In this document: positions 11,301-20,336 of the stretch, one piece after another
Layout of the letters: the number at the start of each line of letters is the position of its first letter
Position numbering within the stretch: the stretch's first letter is position 1
Assembly (NCBI GenBank): GCA_965203805.1
Contig: OZ241917.1
Coordinates: 2,432,001 to 2,496,000, forward strand
From: Candidatus Latescibacterota bacterium
GTDB taxonomy: Bacteria > Latescibacterota > UBA2968 > GCA-2709665
Direction: 5' to 3'
DNA: 64,000 nucleotides
Position numbers and translations under genes: made by a program
The notes under the pieces: generated by a model
Databases searched by the model: none
What the model saw: the letters and a program-made list of their open reading frames with translations, nothing else
What the model was told of the DNA's origin: nothing

Positions 11301-14102
11301 CGTGATGACGCCGGCAAGCGCTGACGCCGAGATGTACGCGATCGCGCCGCCATCCGCCTTCCTGGTCATTTCCGCGGCAAGGCACGTGAATCTCGGATCC
11401 GAAAACTGCCCGTTCAGACAGGACAGAGCCACCACAATCGGCAATCGATCCGCATTGACGATCTTCCGCATATAGTTGTAGCTCTCTCGCTGAAAACTTC
11501 CTCTCAGGAACCGCGCCATTCCCGATACGCTTCCGTGTCCCAGAAAGTTCACCAGCAGCCGGCCTTCGTTGATCTGCCGGATCACCTCGCCGGTATCTTC
11601 ATTGGGTTCCGGCCCCACATCCTCATCGTTGTAGACCTTATAGGATTCGAGACCCAGCGGCGCGGCGTAGTTCGCCGCCAACCGGTCGCTGGGGGCCGTG
11701 AAGATCGACAACGGATCGTAGTTGGCCATAAACAGCACCCGGTCCCGCCAACGTTCATTCGGCGCCTGATCATATGATTCGATTTTCCTGACCAGGGCGG
11801 CGGCCTCGCGGCGAGTGACCATCGAAAGCCGACCCACGAAAACATCCTGGAACAGGTCGTCCTCGGGGCCCGCTACGGCGCCGAAAAAATGGTCCGAATA
11901 CGCAAGTCCCCTCCTCACGGACTGGAAGGGAAGCGAGGGAACCCGAGACATATCCACGTGCCGTTCAATGGCGGATTCGTCAAAGTTGCGCCGATAGTCG
12001 AAGCTGTCCGGACCGAATAGAAGGAGATAGGTCGGTCGCCGCGTCCAGTTCTCCCAGGCGTGCCGCATGAATCGACGGATCGCCTGAGGTTCGAACTGTC
12101 CGAAGGAGAACGCATCGTAAATCTCCGTGACGTCCGCGATCTGCACACGCAGCCCCTGTGCGCGACGGTGATCGGCCAGGCGCTCCGCCGCCTCGCGAAA
12201 CCGAGAGTGAGTGACGATCACATAGTCGGCCCCGTCGTTTCCGAACGCCGGCACTTTGGCCGCTTCGCCGGCCGGCGCCCGCCGGATGGCCTCCGAATCC
12301 ATCGCAACAAAACGTCCGGTTACGGCCGGCAGGTCGAATCGGGCTTGAAATCCCGTCTCCGACGGCGTCACCTGAATATCCAGGATCTTCCGCGCCCCCG
12401 CGACGTCGTAGACGGAAACGTCGGACGTTCGAAAACCCGCGATCGAGAAAGTCCGGCCCTCGTCGGTTTCATCCGGCACGAATTCCAGTCTGCCCTCCAC
12501 GCATTCAAACCGCCGGGAATATGCGACCTGTACCCAGTTGAGAAACACGTGCTCGATATAGTCCGCGGGGAAATCCCGGGCGCCCGGGGTCGCCAGGGTC
12601 ACCCGGCTCGTATCCCCCAGTTCCGATACCGGCACCGACCCTTCCGCGACGAACGCGCGTTTCCCGTCCCACCGGTCGTCAGCCACGATCGTGCCGTTCG
12701 AAAGCCGCACAACCGTGCGGTGATCGGGTTCGAAGCGTCGTCTGAATGTCAGTGCGTGCATTCCCACCCGAATGCGGGCGGTCGCCCCTTCGGTGCGGTC
12801 CAGCCCCGGAAGGGGCACGGGCGCCGTCACGGGTAACTCGCTCACGTTCTGAAGACTCGTACCCGGCCGTCCCGGCGAACCGGTCCGCCCCCAGTACCAG
12901 TGGTCCCGATTTACGTCGGGGGCATCACCCAGCGGATCATAGAGAGAATCGACTTCGGCATGCACCCGATGGGTGAATCGAAGGACTTCGGGAAATCCAT
13001 TTTTCGGCGAACCGTCCACGGACTTGAATCGCCGGCCGGGTCGGCCGTCCAGCGTCAGCCAATAGACCTGTTCGCGTCCGAGTTCATGCTCGAAGTCCCG
13101 ATCCGGTGCGCGGCGATACGTTCCGTGGAAAATCGCGCCCTCGCCCTCGCGCAACACACCATCTCCATCGTCCTGAACGTCTACGGGCACCTCCTGACCG
13201 TTCAGAAGAACCTTCAACCGCTCAAGATCGCCCGCCTGAAGCGCGATGCCCGCATCGCTGAACCAGTTTGCGTCCAGCCGGTACAGACCGTCATTCCGCA
13301 CCCGGATCTTGTAGTAGGCGGCCGCCGGATCCAGGCCCTCCGCGACCCGGAGCTTTCGCAGGCCGTCAGGTTGTTCGGCCCGGCCCCTCCAGGGCCGGGC
13401 CTGCTCCGCATTCAACAGCGCATTCTCGTAGAATTCCTCGAAGCCGCCGCCCGTGCCTTCGTCTGAAGCCCGAACCCTGATGGAACGTTCATCACCCACG
13501 AATCGTACGCGCACCCGCAGCCTTCTTGCGATCCGCAGTTGTTGTCGCGCCGGGTTGTACTGGATTGGCCTTAAGGAGATTCCTGCGACCCGCTGATCCC
13601 TCAGGACGCCGATGCGGGTAACCACGGCCGATGCGGCCGGATAGAGTCCGTCACGGGCGTAGAATTCGGCATCCGGCTCGTAAATCTCCACGTCCGTCCC
13701 GTAAGTCCCCCGGCCCGCCGGCCTGGAACGCGGCACCGGCGCCACCAGCACGCCGGAAATCACATCGAACTCCGCTTCCACGACCGTTACCACGACGCGC
13801 GTGCCGAATGGTATTCCCAGAAGCGTGCCCCGTACGGGCACCGCCGGACGCCCGGTTTCGGGCATCCACATGCCTCCGGGTAACTGAACCCGGGTGTAGG
13901 TTGCGCCTTCAAGCTGGACCTCGTGAAGCTGATAGTCGGACCCGTCGACTTCAATCTCCACACCGTCGTCACCCGTCCGCACGAGCCGGGGCTGGCCGCT
14001 GTACGCATGAGGCGCCACGTCAGAAATCATCAGCATCAGTGAGCAAACCGAACAGACCTGAAGGAAACGCGCAGCCATACCCCTTACCTTCGCTCGTTTC
14101 AT
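8310..14102 (-). CDS. Large C25 (gingipain/PorU-like) cysteine peptidase with propeptide, CARDB-like domains, a beta-propeller-like insert and a T9SS-type/FlgD-like C-terminal domain
   Basis: Propeptide GRPAVPV...QYNP; ADYVIVT; LADHRRAQG; IYDAFSFG; VFVGR; catalytic VNFLGHGS and LSCLNGQF; LIGDP; VDPDDEIPELDEANN; C-terminal NVPNP...IFTISGRLIR...WDGRD...LANGVYLY. Confidence 0.9.
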   Translation of the reverse strand: MKRAKVRGMAARFLQVCSVCSLMLMISDVAPHAYSGQPRLVRTGDDGVEIEVDGSDYQLHEVQLEGATYTRVQLPGGMWMPETGRPAVPVRGTLLGIPFGTRVVVTVVEAEFDVISGVLVAPVPRSRPAGRGTYGTDVEIYEPDAEFYARDGLYPAASAVVTRIGVLRDQRVAGISLRPIQYNPARQQLRIARRLRVRVRFVGDERSIRVRASDEGTGGGFEEFYENALLNAEQARPWRGRAEQPDGLRKLRVAEGLDPAAAYYKIRVRNDGLYRLDANWFSDAGIALQAGDLERLKVLLNGQEVPVDVQDDGDGVLREGEGAIFHGTYRRAPDRDFEHELGREQVYWLTLDGRPGRRFKSVDGSPKNGFPEVLRFTHRVHAEVDSLYDPLGDAPDVNRDHWYWGRTGSPGRPGTSLQNVSELPVTAPVPLPGLDRTEGATARIRVGMHALTFRRRFEPDHRTVVRLSNGTIVADDRWDGKRAFVAEGSVPVSELGDTSRVTLATPGARDFPADYIEHVFLNWVQVAYSRRFECVEGRLEFVPDETDEGRTFSIAGFRTSDVSVYDVAGARKILDIQVTPSETGFQARFDLPAVTGRFVAMDSEAIRRAPAGEAAKVPAFGNDGADYVIVTHSRFREAAERLADHRRAQGLRVQIADVTEIYDAFSFGQFEPQAIRRFMRHAWENWTRRPTYLLLFGPDSFDYRRNFDESAIERHVDMSRVPSLPFQSVRRGLAYSDHFFGAVAGPEDDLFQDVFVGRLSMVTRREAAALVRKIESYDQAPNERWRDRVLFMANYDPLSIFTAPSDRLAANYAAPLGLESYKVYNDEDVGPEPNEDTGEVIRQINEGRLLVNFLGHGSVSGMARFLRGSFQRESYNYMRKIVNADRLPIVVALSCLNGQFSDPRFTCLAAEMTRKADGGAIAYISASALAGVITNDFLNDRLFASFFRDGVRSFGAGLAVAKAALDTRFPELRTLTLGIQLIGDPAQEIAILPEPDFLLDSGSLNVERAAQLTVDDSVRIAIRIENIGIAPRAGPAVVLVDRNLDRGEADTLFAGVFPAFGQTDSTAVMWRLAGRAGRHALALTVDPDDEIPELDEANNHVEVELEVVGSLSAVPTMPRQSQVVPASGVRLAVRAGTAAREVHGEFEVSGSPAFDGPGVVRSGSVTGRAGLVLWAAPELAPGNYFWRTRVREGEEFGAWSATMDFNAMVAAPAREILWQQDAAGALRWAAGTDVRLSDGAISRVVRPPPLRLNADTREEAFAAEGVRGAGVLCTDGTYLYVNRFFSPTTDYPGTDVFERIGTGFRGTRRGENLGALSETPVLGVSATYHGDGFIYADNRRGRELLRIAPATGVVDRVRVPDGLMEFRTGLVFDGHSLITSDGTYVYNLAAAVDGVQRAGWSVRVYDPADGWRLAREFTVAPTETGFAYLVTDGVIADGRYLYLIEFGTGLTHRVRVVDARSGEFVEEYESDQAETDILTGQYDWINNKVWMGQLNGPTVYRYAGKTLPPYGTLVSEPIGPSGAWHGLTLDVREVSGGRVEVDILGATPSGGFVPLAEWSGLASDGEINLGDLREHRIRIRIRLYGEELGPSAGLIGWRVRYRPQSDLVLSGLEASPLEVDELDPVRLTVRARNMGPLDLVTGAVVAFYSGSPEDGRLIGRASVPEGTPAGETASVSHDWNTARFAGTNVVTARLEDLSGGRSYYIRETTAERAVEVHPSDDRAGPELDLVALDAAGEVRPDDFLPATPEFSVVFRDSSGIDAGSVRILLTGPGDEISDGLASDRVADLNEEPTSLRFTWSPQLDDGRYRLAVSGTDQLGNGPAEKSVAFQVASDLAIERVLNVPNPTAGATDFTYILSRPADVSIRIFTISGRLIRNLDGVPGRAGYNQVRWDGRDAGGHLLANGVYLYTVTADDGRKRVREKERLIVYR

Positions 14103-15736
14103 GGCTTCAACTCCCGGACCCCGGTCCCGTCGAAAACCGCCACACGGCTTCCGCGCAGGGGATTGAGTACGACCTCAGCCCGCGTGGGACCGTGAATCCG
14201 GACTTCCCCCCACGTCCTCGTCGCGGCCCCCGGACGCAACCGCTTGCCGTCTGCGCCATAGAACGTCGTGGCATCCTTCTGCCCGTGTACAGACAGATAA
14301 CCGCCATTACTGATATCAATCCCCCAGCGCATCGGACCCAGCCGCTTGACGTTGCTCGTGAATCCGCCGGGATCCGTAAGCCAGCAATGATTGACCGCAA
14401 CCGCCGTTGACGCCTCCCCCACGCGCACCGCCAGTGCATTGCTCAGCCCAAAGGCGTACAACGGTATGTCTCCCAGACTGCCCGGCAGGCTAAGCGCGGA
14501 AGGCACGTTAAAGACATAAAGTGTTCCATCGCTTACTCTCGCTAGCCGCGCCAGCGAATCCAGGACGTTTTCACTCAGGACCGAAGCCTCCCGCCAGAAA
14601 AACCCCTCACGGGCAAGCACCACGCCATAATAGCTGAATACCGTTGCCATCAGGAGGCTTCTGCACCAAACGACCAGCGTACGTTTCGGCCGCCGTGCCG
14701 TCCAGACATTCGCAACCGCAATGCAGAAGAAAACGGAAGGCAGATAAAGGTACCATCGGTGTACCCTTCCCAGAACCGGAACCAGGCTGATCACGGTCAT
14801 TCCACCCAGATACATCGTGTCCCGCAGCACTTCCCGCGGGCGGCCCGAAAAACAGAAGAAGACGCCGGTCGCGGCCAACAGAACGACCCCGAAGAGCGGA
14901 TCATCCGTCATCCCCAGCTTCGCCCCGGATTTGAGAACGTCCAGTCCTATCCCCGCCGCCGTCAGATCCCGATCCGGTATTCCCGTGAATACCCCGCCGA
15001 GCACGATCCGGCGGACGCACAGGTAGATGCCAACGGTCCCGACACTGCACGCCAGTGCACGCCGGGCCGCCGCCGTCCGAAACGTCCCGCAGTAAATGAA
15101 GAGGATGAAAAGCACGCCGGGCAGCGTCAGCGCCATCTCCTTCGAAAACAGCGCCAGCATGGCGCACAGGCTCGCGGCCGCCAGCATTCCCGCGGTCGGA
15201 CGGCGCTGGTACGCCAGAAACAGGAGCAGCGCGGACAGATAGAACGTCGCACAGACGGAGTCCGTGCGGCCCACGATCCAGAAAATGGTGTCCGTGTGGA
15301 CGGGCAGCACCAGAAAGAGAAGGCATGCCGACCAGGCGCCCGATGCCCGGTTCAGCAGCCGCCTTGCCAGCAGATAGACCAGAATGCCGCAGAGACAGTG
15401 AAGCAGGACGTTGCCGATATGATAGAGCAGAGGTTCATATGCCACGAACAGGTAGGTGACGTAAAACGTCAGGGTGACTACCGGACGATAGTAGCCCCCG
15501 GCGCCCGCGAGGCCGGTCCAACTGGTGGTCAGGACGGATGGTATTCCCTCCGCGCACAGACGGATGTGACCCCAGTCATCGTCGAGCAATGACACACCCG
15601 AAGAAAGCCAGGCAAGCAGTACGACGACAATCCCGAACACCAGACATCCCGCGAAGGCCCAGCCGATGGAACCGTGGTCCCGCAAGGCGACTCCAAAATA
15701 AAAAAACCGGCGTACGGCCGGCCCCGTCCCTGCCAT
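14099..15736 (-). CDS. GT-C fold membrane glycosyltransferase (PMT/TMTC-like)
   Basis: LDDDW loop, YYRPVV, YHIGNVLLH, PVHTDTIFWIVGR and LFSKEMA motifs; multiple TM helices. Confidence 0.75.
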   Translation of the reverse strand: MAGTGPAVRRFFYFGVALRDHGSIGWAFAGCLVFGIVVVLLAWLSSGVSLLDDDWGHIRLCAEGIPSVLTTSWTGLAGAGGYYRPVVTLTFYVTYLFVAYEPLLYHIGNVLLHCLCGILVYLLARRLLNRASGAWSACLLFLVLPVHTDTIFWIVGRTDSVCATFYLSALLLFLAYQRRPTAGMLAAASLCAMLALFSKEMALTLPGVLFILFIYCGTFRTAAARRALACSVGTVGIYLCVRRIVLGGVFTGIPDRDLTAAGIGLDVLKSGAKLGMTDDPLFGVVLLAATGVFFCFSGRPREVLRDTMYLGGMTVISLVPVLGRVHRWYLYLPSVFFCIAVANVWTARRPKRTLVVWCRSLLMATVFSYYGVVLAREGFFWREASVLSENVLDSLARLARVSDGTLYVFNVPSALSLPGSLGDIPLYAFGLSNALAVRVGEASTAVAVNHCWLTDPGGFTSNVKRLGPMRWGIDISNGGYLSVHGQKDATTFYGADGKRLRPGAATRTWGEVRIHGPTRAEVVLNPLRGSRVAVFDGTGVRELKP

Positions 15737-15841
15737 CGAGAGGGTTCGGACGGTCCAACGCCAGTTGATTGATTCTAATGATGCCGGTTCGCGAATCGTG
15801 CGCCGCCCAGGCTGCTCCGACCGCCGCCGTGATCAATGTAG

Positions 15842-16816
15842 CTACGACTCGAAATACTCGATAATGCGGCGCAGGGTGTTGTCGAGGCTCATCTTCGGCT
15901 CGTAGCTCACGAACGACCGGATTTTGGACAGATCCGGCACCCGATAGTTCAGGTCTTCATACGACCCCTTGGCAAATGCCTTGTCGTATGGCACGAATTC
16001 GATGGGCGCGTCGCTCTCCGTCAGCGTCTTGACTTTGTGCGCCAAATTGACAATGCTCGTTTCGTTGGTCTCGACATTCCCGCCCAGATTGAAGATCTCA
16101 CCCGGCGTGTCGGGATGTTCTGCCAGCGCGACCAGGCCGTCGAGGGCATCTTCGATATCGGTAAAACAGCGCCGTTGTTCCCCGTCGCCGTACACCGTGA
16201 TCGGGTGCCCCAGGAGCGCCTGCTTGACCATACGCGGCACGACCATACCGTAGTCGCCGGTCTGTCTGGGACCAATGACGTTGAAGAACCGTACGATGAG
16301 CATGGGCAGCTTCTTCTCCCGCCAGTAGGACAGACCCAACATTTCGTCCACCGCTTTTGTCGTGGAATAGATCCATCGGTCGACGGTGATGGGTCCGAGC
16401 AGCCGATCGTCGTTTTCCTGGAAAGAAACCTTGCCGTTCTTCTTGCCGTACACTTCGGACGTGGACGCGAGCATGACGCGCTTCTTGTCTTTATTGGCCA
16501 GTTCCAGCACAATTTCGGTGCCTCGGATATTGGTGGTCAGGGAATGCAGCGGATTGTCGATGATGTAATTTACACCCACCGCCGCGGCCAGGTGATAGAT
16601 CATATCGCACCATTCCACCAGTGGACGCAGCGTTTGCCCTTCCAGTATCGTGCCAACCTTCATCTTGAATCGCGCGTTGGACTCCAGATGGTGGATATTG
16701 TTGTAGTCTCCGGTGGAAAGATCGTCGAGTACGGAAACTTCGTCGCCGCGCATTAAATGCCGTTCCGCCAGATGTGAACCAATAAACCCCGCCCCGCCGG
16801 TAATCAACACCTTCAT
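15842..16816 (-). CDS. NAD-dependent nucleotide-sugar epimerase/dehydratase/decarboxylase (extended SDR)
   Basis: ITGGAGFIGSH, STSEVYG, YSTTK (YxxxK) and RFFNVIGPRQ motifs. Confidence 0.92.
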   Translation of the reverse strand: MKVLITGGAGFIGSHLAERHLMRGDEVSVLDDLSTGDYNNIHHLESNARFKMKVGTILEGQTLRPLVEWCDMIYHLAAAVGVNYIIDNPLHSLTTNIRGTEIVLELANKDKKRVMLASTSEVYGKKNGKVSFQENDDRLLGPITVDRWIYSTTKAVDEMLGLSYWREKKLPMLIVRFFNVIGPRQTGDYGMVVPRMVKQALLGHPITVYGDGEQRRCFTDIEDALDGLVALAEHPDTPGEIFNLGGNVETNETSIVNLAHKVKTLTESDAPIEFVPYDKAFAKGSYEDLNYRVPDLSKIRSFVSYEPKMSLDNTLRRIIEYFES

Positions 16817-18036
16817 GCGTACGTCCCTTCCCAGCAGTCGCCCGGTGAACCGCCCCCGGCCCGCTTGTTTTCGGATAGCTTACGATAGAGGCGGCTGAAA
16901 TCCTCCGCCAATCTTGTCAACCCGTACGATTCAACAATTTTACGCCGATCACCAACGGAAATCTCCCGCCGCTCCCGTAACGCCCGCTGAATTCCCGCGG
17001 CAAGCCCCGCAGAGTCACCGGGCGCAAACATCAGGCCGATCCGTTCGCTCCGAATCAGATCGGGCACGCCTCCTACGCGAGACGCAACCACGTAACATCC
17101 GGTTGCAACGGCCTCCAGCAACGCAACCGGCAACCCCTCGTGGTGTGACGACAGCACCGACAAATCGAGTGCGCCGTAGATTCGCGCCGTATCATTCCGG
17201 AAGCCGGTAAACCGTACCCGGTCTTCGAGCTTTCGTGCACGCGCGATGGATTCAAGTTCGGTCCGCAGTTCCCCGTCGCCAACGACGACAAAACGAACGT
17301 CCGGCAATGTCTCGGCCACCTGTTCGGCGGCAGCGAGAAAAATGTCCACGCCCTTGATTGGCACCAGCCGCGACACGATGCCGACAAGCCGCACTGAAGG
17401 GCCGAACCCCAGTTCGTCGCGAAGACCCGAGTCGCCCCGCCTCCGGCTCAGATACGGATCCAGATCCACGCCCAGCCGAACCGTTCGAATGCGGGAGGGC
17501 GCCGCGATACGATCCGCCAGCAACTCATCGCGCTGCCGTTCCGAAACGGCAACAAGGACATCGGTCCGGCGGGCAAGGAGCCGCTCAACAAGCACGATCA
17601 GGTAGGACTTCCAGGCAGAAAAATAACCCTTGAAGACCAGCCCGTGAAACGTATGCAGCGTTACCGGCACGCCGGCCAGCCAAGCCGCGACACGACCAAG
17701 CACACCGGCTTTCGACTTGTGGGTGTGGACAATTCCCGGACGAACACGTCTCAATAGCCGGTATAACGCAACGAACACCTTGAGATCACGAAACGGAATG
17801 ATCGCCCGGCTGAGTCCATGCACTTCCACGGGCCGGATTCCCGACCGGCGGATAACGTCGTCCATTTCGGCTTCGCCAGCCGCCACCTGGCCCTTGACCA
17901 CCAGCGAGCGACATCCCCGCGATTCAAGCGCTTTAGTCAGAAAGAGCAGATAGGGCGTTGGCCCGCCAACGTTCAAACGATCGATGATCTGGATCAGATG
18001 AATCGGCGTTTGCGCGTCTGAAGGTTCCGCAGGCAA
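16813..18036 (-). CDS. Glycosyltransferase family 4
   Basis: RLNVGGP, VHTHKSKAGVLGR, RLVPIKG and EGLPVALLEA motifs. Confidence 0.92.
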   Translation of the reverse strand: MPAEPSDAQTPIHLIQIIDRLNVGGPTPYLLFLTKALESRGCRSLVVKGQVAAGEAEMDDVIRRSGIRPVEVHGLSRAIIPFRDLKVFVALYRLLRRVRPGIVHTHKSKAGVLGRVAAWLAGVPVTLHTFHGLVFKGYFSAWKSYLIVLVERLLARRTDVLVAVSERQRDELLADRIAAPSRIRTVRLGVDLDPYLSRRRGDSGLRDELGFGPSVRLVGIVSRLVPIKGVDIFLAAAEQVAETLPDVRFVVVGDGELRTELESIARARKLEDRVRFTGFRNDTARIYGALDLSVLSSHHEGLPVALLEAVATGCYVVASRVGGVPDLIRSERIGLMFAPGDSAGLAAGIQRALRERREISVGDRRKIVESYGLTRLAEDFSRLYRKLSENKRAGGGSPGDCWEGTYA

Positions 18037-18107
18037 ACCGACTCCGCAGGTGGAATCTCCACGATGGGGTCGAAAAAAAGGACTTCGACATCGGGGTCAG
18101 CGTCTCA

Positions 18108-18136
18108 AATATAAACACACGGGGATAAACCGGCAA
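18108..18136 (-). promoter_or_regulatory. Internal sigma70-like promoter
   Basis: TTGCCG-17-TATATT; shares GTGTTTATATT with the element at 19337-19365. Confidence 0.5.
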
Positions 18137-18230
18137 TGCAAAAGTTATTCATTAAATATAAGTGAATCGTATAGAAGTGGGTGCGTCGTCTGTGGAATCT
18201 TTCGGTCGAACCACGATCGGCAAGGCACGC

Positions 18231-19319
18231 TCAGGCCTCTGGCCCGGCTACCGAACGCAGGATCCGCAACATCCTCCGGCTGCTGAGTTGCAGCGAATAA
18301 CGGGCTTCCATTCTTGCGCGTCCGGCCCGGCCCATCCGAACCCGAAGCGCCCGGTCGCGGATCAGCCGGTCGAGACAGGAAACCCACTCGTCGTGAGAAC
18401 TTGCGCAGAAACCGTTAACGCCGTCTTCCACGATTTCGGTGTTTATGCCCACAGGGCTGCTCACCGCCGGAATTCCAATTGAGAGGTATTGCAGAAGTTT
18501 GTACCCACCCTTTCCCCGCGTCCACGGATCGTCGGGCAATGGCATCAGGCCGATATCGAACCCTCGCAGGTCCTGAACCTCCGTCTCCAGAGACCACGGG
18601 CGCCATTCCGTCGGCACGGCATCCGTTTCAAAACCGCCCTCGCCGATCAGACAAAGCCGGATATGGCGATGCCGTCCGCCCAACTCTGCAAGCGGCTCGC
18701 GGATCAATTCGAGATACGGTGAGGACGTGTAGCTGCCGATCCAGCCGAGAACCACGCAATCGGCTTCCTTGACCGCGCTCCCGGGGGAATACCTCTCCGT
18801 GTCGATCGGTCCCGTAATAATCGACACCTCCGGGCAGAACCGTTCGGCATACGAAGCTGTGTAGGTGTTTTCGACGATGACCCTGGATGACGCCCGGAGC
18901 ATCTCTGCCAGCCCACGGGAATGGTGCCAGGTTCTGAGCCGTGCCATCCAGTCTTCTTCGGGCGCCTCGGTGGTAAAGATCGCGTCGTCGAAATCGAAGA
19001 TGACCTTCCGCGAAAACAGCCGGAGGAGCCTGGCGACGGGCGCGCTGAAAAAAGCCCTCTGCACAAACACCACGTGGTACCGTCGCGCAAGCCTGAGGGT
19101 TCGCACCCCCACTCTGAACGAGCGCCACCACACCCAGGCATAGTGGATCAGACGCCCGAACCCTCTCCTTGCGTACGTCCACGCGGATATCCGATCCGGC
19201 AATACAACCGCCACGTCGGCCTGCACACCATTGGCTTTCAGAAAGGGGAGATAGTCGAACACGCGTGTGCGGCTGGCGGCAAACCGGGGCCCGGTGAGCG
19301 TAACGAAAATAACCTTCAA
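18231..19319 (-). CDS. Glycosyltransferase family 4
   Basis: IFDFDDAIF, LGWIGS and DIGLMPL...GKGGYKLLQY...SPVG motifs. Confidence 0.9.
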   Translation of the reverse strand: MKVIFVTLTGPRFAASRTRVFDYLPFLKANGVQADVAVVLPDRISAWTYARRGFGRLIHYAWVWWRSFRVGVRTLRLARRYHVVFVQRAFFSAPVARLLRLFSRKVIFDFDDAIFTTEAPEEDWMARLRTWHHSRGLAEMLRASSRVIVENTYTASYAERFCPEVSIITGPIDTERYSPGSAVKEADCVVLGWIGSYTSSPYLELIREPLAELGGRHRHIRLCLIGEGGFETDAVPTEWRPWSLETEVQDLRGFDIGLMPLPDDPWTRGKGGYKLLQYLSIGIPAVSSPVGINTEIVEDGVNGFCASSHDEWVSCLDRLIRDRALRVRMGRAGRARMEARYSLQLSSRRMLRILRSVAGPEA

Positions 19320-19336
19320 GGCGGGAAGGCTCCATC

Positions 19337-19365
19337 AATATAAACACGGAATTCCGGCGAATCAA
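19337..19365 (-). promoter_or_regulatory. Internal sigma70-like promoter
   Basis: TTGATT-17-TATATT, ending 17 nt upstream of the TTG start at 19319. Confidence 0.5.
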
Positions 19366-19397
19366 TGGAAAACGGCGCATTTTCGGGGAACCGGCAG

Positions 19398-20240
19398 TCA
19401 GGCCGAACGCCACGATACCGGAGATTCGCGATCGAGAAGATCGAACAGCATTCGGTTTTCTTCCCGGTAGCGTCCGTACAATTCTCGAACGACGGGTTCG
19501 CTGGGAAGAAAATCGCTCTCGGGCAGGAAGCGCGCCAGAACGCTCGTCAAGGGAGACAGGACCGGGAAGTAATACCGTGCGATCAAGTGTAATCTGCAGG
19601 CGTCGAATCGATTGACCCGCTGCTCCACCCCCGAAAAACGAAAGGAATCGTCGATCTCAAGAAATCTGCAGACCTTTTTCAGGCCGTCGTGCGGGCGCAG
19701 CACGATGTCCTCTTCAAAAAACAGCACCAGAATCTGATCGCGTCTGAATAGATCCAGGTAGGCTGTGAGCAACGTAAAGAACCGGCCCACCTCGAAGACC
19801 CCGAACCCTTCAAGCAGGTCGGTCTTTTTACCCGCCAGCAAATCGTCCATCCGATGCAGCGGAGATATTCGACGGGTCCGTATCAGGTGCTTTACCGCGG
19901 AAACAGCCCGGTCGACGGGATTTTTCAGCGTAACAATCAGTTTCGCATGGGGCAGATGTGTCCGGATATGCCGGTGCACATCGGGCATGTGTCCTTCGCC
20001 GCCCAGTCCGTCCGCCCAGAAATAGTCCGGCGTTTTCTCACCCACACACTTTCTGCTTTCGGCCAACTCGAAATGACTGGCATACCATTCGATACCCTTG
20101 TTGTAATTTCCGGCCTTATCGAAGAAATGGACCTCCCTGTCGGGCATGTACACGTCCGGATGCTGGCGAAGCATGGCAGCCAGCCACGTCGTTCCGCACT
20201 TCTGTGCACCGATAATCAGAAAATCGGGTAATCGAGCCAC
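19398..20240 (-). CDS. PAPS-dependent sulfotransferase
   Basis: 5'-PSB loop PDFLIIGAQKCGTT, EVHFF, GEKTPDY and 3'-PB motif LKNPVDRAVS. Confidence 0.92.
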   Translation of the reverse strand: MARLPDFLIIGAQKCGTTWLAAMLRQHPDVYMPDREVHFFDKAGNYNKGIEWYASHFELAESRKCVGEKTPDYFWADGLGGEGHMPDVHRHIRTHLPHAKLIVTLKNPVDRAVSAVKHLIRTRRISPLHRMDDLLAGKKTDLLEGFGVFEVGRFFTLLTAYLDLFRRDQILVLFFEEDIVLRPHDGLKKVCRFLEIDDSFRFSGVEQRVNRFDACRLHLIARYYFPVLSPLTSVLARFLPESDFLPSEPVVRELYGRYREENRMLFDLLDRESPVSWRSA

Positions 20241-20250
20241 TTGAGCATCC

Positions 20251-20336
20251 TTACAGCCCGTTGATAAAGTCCATCCGGGCTACGTCCGGCCCTTGCGGCC
20301 GAGTTACTGCGTTGCGACTTTTCCAACGGACTGCTA
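20251..20336. mobile_element. Short MITE, internally deleted copy of the element at 38095-38260
   Basis: Ends CAGCCCGTTGATAAAGTC / GACTTTTCCAACGGACTG. The first ~65 nt closely match the left part of the element at 38095. Confidence 0.75.

Noticed and set aside
9378-11475. Long antisense ORFs (also 24659-26503, 45209-46780, 49700-51340, 62000-63436)
   Set aside because: These are shadow frames opposite well-supported genes, expected in high-GC DNA.
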